Origin: Scyliorhinus canicula
Lineage: Eukaryota
Length of the DNA stretch: 64,000 nt
Direction: 5' to 3'
Assembly: GCF_902713615.1 (NCBI RefSeq)
Contig: NC_052171.1
Span: 1,736,001 to 1,800,000 of the forward strand
The position numbers and the translations under genes are program-made. Below the pieces are notes generated by a model. The model did no database searches, had not been told where the DNA came from, and saw only the letters and a program-made list of their open reading frames with translations. Each line of letters starts with the position of its first letter. Position 1 is the stretch's first letter. Positions 36,381-47,282 of this stretch are shown in pieces.

Positions 36381-39300
36381 CGGGCTCCCTGCCCGGGGGC
36401 TCCCTGCCCGGGGGCTCCCTGCCCGGGGGCTCCCTGCCCGGGGGCTCCCTCCCTGCCCGGGGGCTCCCTGCCCGGGGGCTCCCTCCCCGCCCGGGGGCTC
36501 CCTGCCCGCGGGCTCCCTGCCCGGGGGCTCCCTGCCCGGGGGCTCCCTGCCCGGGGGCTCCCTGCCCGGGGGCTCCCTCCCTGCCCGGGGGCTCCCTGCC
36601 CGGGGGCTCCCTGCCCGGGGGCTCCCTGCCCGGGGGCTCCCTCCCTGCCCGGGGGCTCCCTGCCCGGGGGCTCCCTGCCCGGGGGCTCCCTCCCTGCCCG
36701 GGGGCTCCCTCCCTGCCCGGGGGCTCCCTGCCCGGGGGCTCCCTGCCCGGGGGCTCCCTCCCTGCCCGGGGGCTCCCTGCCCGGGGGCTCCCTCCCTGCC
36801 CGGGGGCTCCCTCCCTGCCCGGGGGCTCCCTCCCTGCCCGGGGGCTCCCTCCCTGTCTGGGGGCTCCCTCCCTGCCCGGGGGCTCCCTCCCTGCCCGGGG
36901 GCTCCCTCCCTGCCCGGGGGCTCCCTGCCCGGGGGCTCCCTCCCTGCCCGGGGGCTCCCTGCCCGGGGGCTCCCTCCCTGCCCGGGGGCTCCCTCCCTGC
37001 CCGGGGGCTCCCTCCCTGTCTGGGGGCTCCCTCCCTGTCTGGGGGCTCCCTCCCTGTCTGGGGGCTCCCTCCCTGCCCGGGCGCTCCCTCCCTGCCCGGG
37101 GGCTCCCTCCCTGCCCGGGGGCTCCCTGCCCGGGGGCTCCCTCCCTGCCCGGGGGCTCCCTCCCTGCCCGGGGGCTCCCTCCCTGTCTGGGGGCTCCCTC
37201 CCTGCCCGGGGGCTCCCTCCCTGCCCGGGGGCTCCCTCCCTGCCCGGGGGCTCCCTGCCCGGGGGCTCCCTCCCTGCCCGGGGGCTCCCTCCCTGCCCGG
37301 GGGCTCCCTCCCTGCCCGGGGGCTCCCTCCCTGTCTGGGGGCTCCCTCCCTGCCCGGGGGCTGCCTGCCCGGGGGCTCCCTCCCTGCCTGGGGGCTCCCT
37401 CCCTGCCCGGGGGCTCCCTCCCTGCCCGGGGCTCCCTCCCTGCCCGGGGGCTCCCTCCCTGCCCGGGGGCTCCCTCCCTGCCCGGGGGCTCCCTGCCTGC
37501 CCGGGGGCTCCCTGCCTGCCTGGGGGCTCCCTGCCCGGGGGCTGCCTCCCTGCCCGGGGGCTCCCTGCCCGGGGGCTCCCTCCCTGCCCGGGAGCTCCCT
37601 CCCTGCCCGGGGGCTCCCTGCCTGCCCGGGGGCTCCCTGCTTGGGGGCTCCCTGCCCGGGGGCTCCCTGCCTGCCCGGGGGCTCCCTGCCTGCCCGGGGG
37701 CTCCCTGCCTGCCCGGGGGCTCCCTGCCCGGGGGCTCCCTGCCCGGGGGCTCCCTCCCTGCCCGGGGGCTCCCTGCCTGGGGGCTCCCTCCCTGCCCGGG
37801 GGCTCCCTCCCTGCCCGGGGGCTCCCTGCCTGCCCGGGGGCTCCCTCCCTGCCCGGGGGCTCCCTGCCCGGGGGCTCCCTGTCTGGGGGCTCCCTCCCTG
37901 CCCGGGGGCTCCCTCCCTGTCTGGGGGCTCCCTCCCTGCCCGGGGGCTCCCTCCCTGCCCGGGGGCTCCCTCCCTGTCTGGGGGCTCCCTCCCTGCCCGG
38001 GGGCTCCCTCCCTGCCCGGGGGCTCCCTCCCTGCCCGGGGGCTCCCTCCCTGCCCGGGGGCTCCCTCCCTGCCTGGGGGCTCCCTCCCTGCCCGGGGGCT
38101 CCCTGCCCGGGGGCTCCCTGTCTGGGGGCTCCCTCCCTGCCCGGGGGCTCCCTCCCTGTCTGGGGGCTCCCTCCCTGCCCGGGGGCTCCCTCCCTGCCCG
38201 GGGGCTCCCTCCCTGCCCGGGGGCTCCCTCCCTGCCCGGGGGCTCCCTCCCTGCCCGGGGGCTCCCTCCCTGCCCGGGGGCTCCCTCCCTGCCCGGGGGC
38301 TCCCTGCCCGGGGGCTCCCTCCCTGCCAGGGGGCTCCCTGCCTGCCCGGGGGCTCCCTCCCTGCCCGGGGGCTCCCTCCCTGCCCGGGGGCTCCCTCCCT
38401 GCCCGGGGGCTCCCTGCTTGGGGGCTCCCTGCCTGGGGGCTCCCTCCCTGCCCGGGGGCTCCCTCCCTGCCCGGGGGCTCCCTCCTTGCCCGGGGGCTCC
38501 CTGCCTGCCCGGGGGCTCCCTCCCTGCCCGGGGGCTCCCTCCCTGCCCGGGGGCTCCCTCCCTGCCCGGGGGCTCCCTGCCTGCCTGGGGGCTCCCTGCC
38601 CGGGGGCTCCCTCCCTGCCCGGGGGCTCCCTCCCTGCCCGGGGGCTCCCTGCCTGCCTGGGGGCTCCCTGCCCGGGGGCTCCCTCCCTGCCCGGGGCTCC
38701 CTCCCTGCCCGGGGGCTCCCTCCCTGCCCGGGGGCTCCCTCCCTGCCCGGGGGCTCCCTCCCTGCCCGGGGGCTCCCTCCCTGCCCGGGGGCTCCCTCCC
38801 TGCCCGGGGGCTCCCTGCCTGCCCGGGGGCTCCCTGCCCGGGGGCTCCCTCCCTGCCCGGGGGCTCCCTGCCCGGGGGCTCCCTGCCTGCCCGGGGGCTC
38901 CCTGCCCGGGGGCTCCCTCCCTGCCCGGGGGCTCCCTCCCTGCCCGGGGGCTCCCTGCCTGCCCGGGGGCTCCCTGCCTGCCCGGGGGCTCCCTGCCTGC
39001 CCGGGGGCTCCCTGCCCGGGGGCTCCCTGCCTGCCCGGGGGCTCCCTGCCTGCTTGGGGGCTCCCTGCCCGGGGGCTCCCTGCCTGCCCGGGGGCTCCCT
39101 GCCCGGGGGCTCCCTGCCCCGGGGCTCCCTCCCTGCCCGGGGGCTCCCTGCCCGGGCGCGCCCTGCCTGCCCGGGGGCTCCCTGCCCGGGGGCTCCCTGC
39201 CCGGGGGCTCCCTGCCTGCCCGGGGGCTCCCTGCCCGGGGGCTCCCTGCCCGGGGGCTCCCTGCCCCGGGGCTCCCTCCCTGCCCGGGGGCTCCCTGCCT

Positions 39301-39690
39301 GGGGGCTCCCTGCCCGGGGGCTCCCTGCCCGGGGGCTCCCTGCCCGGGGCTCCCTGCCTGCCCGGGGGCTCCCTGCCTGCTTGGGGGCTCCCTGCCCGGG
39401 GGCTCCCTGCCTGCCCGGGGGCTCCCTCCCTGCCCGGGGGCTCCCTCCCTGCCCGGGGGCTCCCTGCCCGGGGGCTCCCTGCCCGGGGGCTCCCTCCCTG
39501 CCCGGGGGTTCCCTGCCTGCTTGGGGGCTCCCTGCCCGGGGGCTCCCTGCCCGGGGGTTCCCTGCCTGCTTGGGGGCTCCCTGCCCGGGGGCTCCCTGCC
39601 TGCCCGGGGGCTCCCTGCCCGGGGGCTCCCTCCCTGCCCGGGGGCTCCCTGCCCGGGTACACCCTCCCTGCCCGGGTACACCCTCCCTGC
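36381..39690. repeat. 3.3-kb GC-rich minisatellite of interspersed 15-bp and 19-bp units
   Basis: GGGGGCTCCCTGCCC and GGGGGCTCCCTCCCTGCCC; almost no A on the plus strand. Confidence 0.98.
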
Positions 39691-39775
39691 CCAGGGACAC
39701 CCTCCTCCCCCCAGCCGCACTGGAATGGGTGTGAGCAGGATGAGCCAATGCTGCTTCCGGGTTTCCCAGATCGGA

Positions 39776-39881
39776 ATGGCTCACCCTGCGCTGCTGCCGC
39801 TGCTCCTGCTGCTGCTCCTGCTGGCTTACAGCCCCCTCCCCCGGCTCCACACCTTGAAACTCAACCACAGACCCATTATCG
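39776..39881 (+). CDS. GGH: Gamma-glutamyl hydrolase exon 1 (signal peptide to NHRPIIG)
   Basis: MAHPALLPLLLLLLLLAYS...RPIIG, donor G|GTAAGT; in-frame upstream ATGs at 39725 and 39740 are alternatives. Confidence 0.88.
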
Positions 39882-40376
39882 GTAAGTCCGGCTCCGGCCT
39901 GTCCCCAATGAAACTTTCCCTTCCTCCCCTCCCATTCTCCATGAAACTTCCCTCACACTGTCTCAGTCAGCCGCATTTTCTCTCCAAAAGATCTGACCAA
40001 GCCGGAGCAGACTCATCGCCCTGGGCCATTGTAGCCCAATGTGGAATCGTCAGCGACGAGAACCAACTTATTTTAATGCGCTCCTTTGCTCAGGGGGAAA
40101 TACCGCCCAAAACACTACTAGGCCGATTTGAGGAAAATATGTCCTCAACAAAGTTCCCCTATCGGTTTCCGTGATAGCTAATATGCTGTGGCCATCGGAG
40201 CAAGAGCTCTCGGATTTTGGCAGATGGAAAAATAAGACTAATGCGACAGATAGCCTTCCCAAATGGCAAAAACACTGCCCACCCTATAACAAAGTACTAA
40301 ATCTTTAAAACTCTCAAGAGGTGCTTCAGTTGCCCTCTCACACCTGGTTTCTCCATCCTCCTCCAGTGCCTGTTCT

Positions 40377-40568
40377 CCATTGGTACTGCCCTTCCTTGAT
40401 CCATTGGTACTGCCCTTCCTTGATCCATTGGTACTGCCCTTCCTTGATCCATTGGTACTGCCCTTCCTTGATCCATTGGTACTGCCCTTCCTTGATCTAT
40501 TGGTACTGCCCTTCCTTGATCCATTGGTACTGCCCTTCCTTGATCCATCGGTACTGCCCTTCCTTGAT
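40377..40568. repeat. 24-bp tandem repeat, 8 copies
   Basis: CCATTGGTACTGCCCTTCCTTGAT. Confidence 0.97.
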
Positions 40569-40721
40569 TGCACTGTTGCATAAGCAATCCGAGCTAGAAC
40601 ACCCCACTCAAATTTACCTTCCCACCCTTGTATCCGTAGGTCTGGAGTTCCCCAAGAGTCCATGCTGCGCTTTGGTGATATCATCTGCAGACAGAGGGTC
40701 AGCTTTCACACACATGTAGTT

Positions 40722-40998
40722 GGGTGGCACGGTAGCACAGTGGTTAACACTGTTGCTTCACAGCGCCACAGGTTCGATTCCCGGCTTGGGTCACTGTTTG
40801 TGTGGAGTCTGCACGTTCTCCCCGTATCTGCGTGGGTTTTCTCCCATAGCCCCGAAAGACGTGCTTGTTAGGGTGAATTGGACAGTCTGAATTCTCCCCG
40901 TGTACCCGAACAGGCGCCGGAGTGTGGCGATGAGGGATTTTTACAGTAACTTCATTGCAGTGTTCATGTAAGCCAACTTGTGACAATAATAATAAAGA
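40722..40998 (+). mobile_element. SINE
   Basis: Head, core and GACAATAATAATAAAGA tail. Confidence 0.8.
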
Positions 40999-41668
40999 TA
41001 CCCAACTGTTACTTCTTCACTCTTGCCACCGCATTCTCAGACTGCTTTGCAGATTGGGTGTGTTGAGGCGATCAACTTTAACTTCAATTTGTTCTTGGAT
41101 TTGTCAGTGTTCAACACATGAAATGTTTTTGATGATTGTGACTAATGATAGGTAAAGGAATGCCATAGATGTGGGCTTTTAGAAAGTGTTCATTAGGTGG
41201 GTCACAGGGAGAGTTTGTGACAAACATTTAGTCTGAATCCATGGTTTTTCTCAATTTCTGAAATGTATGATTTTAATATGGACAACATGACATTAGTGTT
41301 TGAAAATGGCAAATGTAGGGAGTGGGAAACAGGATAAATCAAAGACTTAAGGAGGACATTGGAGTGGAAAGACACAATAGTTGCATATTTTATGTTGAAT
41401 AAGACAAATGGAACCATCAACAGAAAGATCCAAAAGGATGCGGCAAAAAGAGATCAACAAACACAAGTGACTTTGAAAGTGCTGCCATCTTTAATGATCT
41501 GTGCACACTGCTGCTCTACTCCATTTCAAACCTTGCCATTTAAAATGCATTTCATTTCCTCATTGTTGACAACTTTGAACACTGGACTAGATCTACCAGT
41601 TATCTCCCAACCTGCCAGCCTTTCTATATCTTTCTGGAGTATGGTGCACAGTTTTGCCCTCCATATTT

Positions 41669-41798
41669 TTTTCAGTATTTTTATTAAGATTTTAACATTT
41701 TATACATAAGAACCACAAACACACCCTACCCCAAACTAACATAGTTCAAAGAAAAATAAACACCCCCATACTACAACACACACCCCAGCCTAAACTCT

Positions 41799-41829
<31 letters not shown>

Positions 41830-42760
41830 AGCAGCTGACGGTGACCAATTCTTTAAAATACAGAATGAACGGGCGCCTTCATTTGTGGAACCCCTTGATT
41901 GCACCTCAATATGAACTTAACATTTTCAAGGTATATAAAATCCATTAAATCCCCCAGCCACCCTGAAGCACAGGGCAGTGAAGCTGACCTCCACTCCCAA
42001 CAGAACCTGCCTGCGAGCAATCAGCAAGGCGAAGGCTAAAACACCCGACCCCCATCTGTAGCTCCGGCAGGTCCAGCAGCCTAAATATGGCCCCTGGAAG
42101 ACTGGGCTCCAACTCCATTCGCAAGATTGCCGATGGTGCAGAAGAAAGAGCCCCAAAACCTCTCCAACTCAGGACAGGACCTAAACATCTGAACATGATT
42201 GACTGGGCCCCTCCTCACACTTACCCTCCACTCCCGCAAACCTCAACCTTGTGAGATGTGCCCAACCCACCACCTTTAATTGTATTAACTCTAGTCTCGC
42301 ACACAAAGTGGTGGCGTTCACCCTGCACAACACCTCCGACCACATCCACTCATCCAGAGCTATTCCCAACTCCTCACTTGGCCTTAACCCCCTCCAACGA
42401 TACCATATCCTCCTCTAGTATCCTCCCATGGATCCTTGATGTACCCACCTCCTCCAGTCCTCTAACAGCAAGGCGGGCAGCATCATGGGATTGTGCATAT
42501 ACTGGAACGTTTCTGACTGGGATTCCAAACATCTCTGTCAATTCCTCCAAACTGCCCCACCAGAAACAAATCCCTCACTCCTACTACCATCTTGTCTTCC
42601 CAACCCTGGTTCAAACAGCTGATTGGCGTCAGCTTCGACATCACCTCAACCTTAAATTGCTGCCGAAAATGCCTCCATATCTTCAGTGTCGCCACCACCG
42701 GATTGCCTGAGTATTTCCCTGGGGAGAACGGAAATGGAGCCGTTTCCAGCACTCGCAGTC
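41669..42760 (-). mobile_element. 5'-truncated L1-clade LINE
   Basis: ORF2 C-terminus (VNATTLCARLELIQLKVV); TSD TGCCCTCCATATTT at 41655-41668 and 42761-42774. Confidence 0.85.
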
Positions 42761-43349
42761 TGCCCTCCATATTTAAGGAAGAATATACTTGCATTGGAAG
42801 CGGTACAGCTGATAATAATACGCTGAGTAAACTGGGCCTATGGTCCCTGGAGTTCAGAGGAATGAAAGGTGATCTGATTGAAAGAGATGAGTTTCTAAAG
42901 GGGCTTGACAGGTCAGGCAATGAGAGCTTGTTCCCGCTGGCTGGGGAATCTAGAACACAGGGCACAGGCTTGCGGTGAGGGATCATTGATGTGGGGTGTG
43001 GGGGGGTGACTTCTTCACTCAAAGAGGAATGGATCTGTGTAATCCCCTCTCTCTCTCAGAGGATTGTGCATGCTCCATTTTTGAATATATCTCGGGCTGT
43101 GATAGACAGAATTCAGGGAACAATGGGGAGCTGGCGGGAAAGTGGAGCTAAGGCAGAAGATCAGCTGTGATCATATGGAAGAGCAGGTTTGAGGGCCCAT
43201 TCCCATTCCGTCAATCATGATTTTGCTGTGGGGGATTCTTTCATCCTCATGTTTTCTGGGTAGGGTGCTGCGGATACAACTGCAACATCAATCTTTCAGG
43301 TAAAGGGGAAAATCTGAAATGAACAAGCCTGCATCTCAGTGCAGTACTC

Positions 43350-43700
43350 GGGGCAGCAGGGTAGCATGGTGGTTAGCATAAATGCTTCACAGCTCCAGGG
43401 TCCCAGGTTCGATTCCCGGCTGGGTCACTGTCTGTGTGGAGTCTGCACGTCCTCCCCGTGTGTGCGTGGGTTTCCTCCGGGTGCTCCGGTTTCCTCCCAC
43501 AGTCCAAAGATGTGCGGGTTAGGTGGATTGGCCATGCTAAATTGCCCGTAGTGTCCTAATAAAAGTAAGGTTAAGGGGGGGGGGGGGGTTGTTGGGTTAC
43601 GGGTATAGGGTGGATACGTGGGTTTGAGTAGGGTGATCATGGCTCGGCACAACATTGAGGGCCGAAGGGCCTGTTCTGTGCTGTACTGTTCTATGTTCTA
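43350..43700 (+). mobile_element. HE1-like SINE, CR1-type tail
   Basis: Ends GTGCTGTACTGTTCTATGTTCTA. Confidence 0.85.
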
Positions 43701-43750
43701 CTACATTTATTATTCTCTCTTAAACAGGATCTATATTTTGTGCCCCACAG

Positions 43751-43865
43751 GGATATTGGCCCAGGAAACAGTTGATGCAGATCACCTTCCATACGGCAAG
43801 AGTTACATTGCTGCGCCCTATGTAAAGTATCTGGAGTCAGGTGGCTGCAGAGTGGTACCAGTCAG
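43751..43865 (+). CDS. GGH: GGH exon 2
   Basis: ILAQE...[24 protein letters not shown]; AG/GT boundaries, 115 nt, phases fit. Confidence 0.95.
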
Positions 43866-44708
43866 GTATTACTTCATATGTTTTAGTAGCTCTAGCGGCA
43901 GTCATACTGAGCAACAGCACAGAATGCACAGCCCAGTGACCCTCAGGTTGACTCAGACCCACCAACAAGAATACATCAGTTTCCCCTGGGATGCAGTGGT
44001 CAATTTTTGAATATGTGGTGGAACTGGAGATTACATGCAATTATTTTGCTCAATACATCTTATCGCAAGCAAAAGTAAGAGTACCACAATACCCTTCAAT
44101 CATTGAGGGGGAGATCAGTAAGCAGTCCTTGCAAGACAACACAGACTGCATTTGAAGTATTTCATTCATTGTGAAGCATTTTAGAGAGCCTTGAGATTGT
44201 GAAAGTGTAATACATTCGCTTTCTTTCTTTCCTGAAAAGCCGCTCGTGTAAGCTACTGAAGGCTGACTCACACGTCTCTGGATTCGTGGGAATGTGGGTT
44301 TTGCTGACAAGCTGGCATTTTATTGCCCAACCCTCACTGCACTTGAGTAGATGCCTGAGAGCCACCTTGTTGAATCCAACTGACTGGCCATTTCAGAGAG
44401 CAGCTAACAGCCAGTTGTTTGAGGTCGGTAGACACACTGAGACCAGACCGGGTGAGGGAAAGCAAGGTCCATTCCCTGAAGGAATATGGGTTTTCGAGAT
44501 AATCCTGTCATTTCATGGTCACCATTCCTGATACTAATTCCAGATTTCTGACATTAATGGAATTTAAATTGCTCAGTTACCATGGTAACCATGAAATTAA
44601 AGGTGTTTGAATGCATATCCCTGGGTCATATGGCTGGCCTCTGGATTAACTAGTCCAGTAACTAGCACTGTGCTGTCTTAACTCCATATGAAACATGTGA
44701 AGCGATAT

Positions 44709-45657
44709 TGTTGCACGTTTTACTATGGGCGTAAAACGCGTTTATTGGAGTGTATTAACACGCCTCCGAGTTCGACGTGTGCTTAACACTGCTAGGCTCT
44801 GTTCTATGTAATTATTTAGCTCTGGAGTCGCCAGCTGCCGTATAGGCAACGTCACAAGTATTCCAAGGTCAAATTCAAAGTAATAAAGACGATACACCGA
44901 TTAGTAAAGTTCAAACGATCAATATTTATTATACAGTTAATAATAAATACTCATGCACACACTAAGAGACTAAACTACAACTAAACATAAGCAAACAGAA
45001 TACTTATCTAACAGGAACAGGCAAGGTCAGAGAACGAGGCCTTCGTCCTGGTTTTGTCTGCAGCCTTCAGCAAGCGTTCTGGCACTTGGGAGTCTAGCGG
45101 GCTTGGATCGCGTAGCGAGCGTTGAACTTACGGTTTCGGCGGCTGGTGCTCAACGGCTGGAGTCAGGATACCAGGTGTCAGTCGGGGCCGGAGCACAGGT
45201 TTAACAGACCGGACAACACGAGGTCCCTATCTTTTATAGGGGTTCCGTTGTCCTTCCCTCTTCCCGGGCGGGCTCTACCTATTGGATCAATTTCTTATCG
45301 ATACTGGATTAATTCCCCAATGCGAGGGGGTCTCCGTGATGGAGGGGGCGTTTCTTATGTCCTTTTGTTCGGAGGTTTCTGGTGCCTCGATGTCTGGGTC
45401 TTGATTGGAATGTGTCCATTCAGAACCAAATGTATCTTTTGTGTGGGTGTTCAAGTCTGATGGCCTCATTAGCATGCAAAGCGTTTTGCCATTTGCACCT
45501 AGCTAAGGTCTTTTCACCTGAGCCCAAACTGGTTTCTGCTGCTGCAGAATGCAAACTGCTCTTTGCAGACTGCTGTTCTGGCTGAACTGTCTGTTTCTCA
45601 GCAGCCTTCCATTTTAGTTTGGCTCAGTGTCCATTTTGCGTGGCCAGCATGGCTACA
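44709..45657 (-). repeat. 3' LTR
   Basis: TG...CA; minus-strand AATAAA at 44925-44930; identical to the other LTR except G45327 vs A54196 as read by eye. Confidence 0.97.
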
Positions 45658-45667
45658 TTCCCTCCTT
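45658..45667 (-). other. Polypurine tract AAGGAGGGAA
   Basis: Abuts the 3' LTR on the minus strand. Confidence 0.85.
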
Positions 45668-45988
45668 GTGATCCTCACAATCATACTATTGTGAAGGATC
45701 ACCTATGTGCTTTGCCTCCTTGTGTTCTGACCTCTTGCCAGTTCCTGTTCTACTCTGTTCTAAACTATGGGAAGAAGAGAAAATTTTTTTTTAACTAACA
45801 TCTCTACTTGGCCCTATGTCAAAAGGGACATGCATTACTACAATTGGGAACCTCTACCTATCACTATTAACCTTAACCTTAACTTAAACATTTAATCACT
45901 CTAAAATCTTAACCATTCACACCACAACATCACACTTCCCAACTCGGCAGTCGAGTATGGAACAATATAATACATGGCTGAATTTTAT

Positions 45989-46342
45989 TTACAGAGTGTT
46001 GTAATCAGTGAGGGGTTGAGGGGTTTGGTGGAATCCGAAGATGGGGGATTGCACTCTATAGATGGGTGAGGTGCTGGAACGAGAGGCTCTCCTCTTCCAT
46101 TTCCTCAACCTGAGGGTCTGCACTAGGATGGTGAGGATCGCGATCACCAACAGTGATTCGATTATGTAGGACATGGAGTACCACGTCATGAATTTAGTAC
46201 ACCAGGTCTGAACCTCGCTGATCAGAGCTGAGCACTGGGGGTTTGTTGTACTAACATTTACGGTGGGGGTTGTGGGGGAAACGTGTCTTGTTTCCACACA
46301 TATACATATGACATTAAATAGTAATAAGTGGGCTTCCATCAT
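45989..46342 (-). CDS. Proviral small single-pass membrane protein, 117 aa, in the env position
   Basis: First ATG after predicted acceptor at 46445; hydrophobic N-terminus, Thr/Pro stalk with NVS sequon, Cys pair, TM YIIESLLVIAILTILVQTL, RLRKWKRR, terminal YNTL. Confidence 0.65.
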   Translation of the reverse strand: MMEAHLLLFNVICICVETRHVSPTTPTVNVSTTNPQCSALISEVQTWCTKFMTWYSMSYIIESLLVIAILTILVQTLRLRKWKRRASRSSTSPIYRVQSPIFGFHQTPQPLTDYNTL

Positions 46343-47282
46343 TTTGCTGTTCTTCTTCTTTCTCTTCCTTCTTCCTCCGGTATTGACAATCCTGGCTTCG
46401 ACCTCTGTCTCGTCCTTTGAAACCTTTGGGATCAAGCACAGTATCTGTCAATACACAGTTTAAGACCTTTACTTGTTAGTGCATCTGTCTTTCAAAACCC
46501 AATTGACCCTTTAAAATGACTGGCTAAGTCACACCCTGTGACTCCCCTCATTTTTTTTTTTCAAAAGCGAATTTAAAGACCAGCATACACCTAACAATCC
46601 TTCCTTCTGCGAGCCGTCTCGCAGGCTTTGCTGATTTACCATCCGAATGTTCCCGGATGTAAATAGCATGTGGGATGGCGGCCGAAGGGCTACCTAACGT
46701 AAAATGAAAACAAACTTGGAAACAAACATCCGAATGAGTTGCGTATGGGCCGCTACGGGTATGAGTTGGATGGGATCCCCGGGTAGGGCGTGCTGTGCCA
46801 TACCCGAGCTTGGCTGACCAAGGGTTGGTTCTCAGACAGGGCGGGTCCTCAGTGCCGTTTGTCCACTGCCTGAGTAACCTGGAGAAAACGGGTACGAATG
46901 TGTTTACCATGACTTGCAGCCTCTATTTCGCCGAATAGAGGGGCACCTAAAAAAAAAACCAAGGGAGCCAAGATGCTCCAACTGAGGACATCACTGAAGT
47001 TCTCAGAGATATCTGCAGATAAACTATTTGGCGTGTGGCCTTACAACTTTGGAAAAGATCTCCAATCAAACCGAAGTTCTCAGAAGTATCTGCGGACAAA
47101 CTAACGTGTATGTGAGGTGGTCACAATCTTTTCAGCTGAAAAGAAGATGTCCATCCTCCAGCTGAAACATTTACATTCCTGAAAACAAACAAACATAAAA
47201 CGAAGACAAACATACGTGCAGGTTCCATCAGAAAGGACATCGTTTCCCTCAAACGATTCCTATCTTACATCATCTGGACACC

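Noticed and set aside
36196-40174. Six ORFs over 1100 aa, some collagen-like (GAPGQ)
   Set aside because: The array has almost no A on plus and no T on minus, so stop codons cannot occur; there is no strict Gly-X-Y period and all frames are open
46548-46910. 120-aa proviral ORF as an accessory gene or env remnant
   Set aside because: No TM segment, furin site or fusion peptide; lies inside the predicted intron
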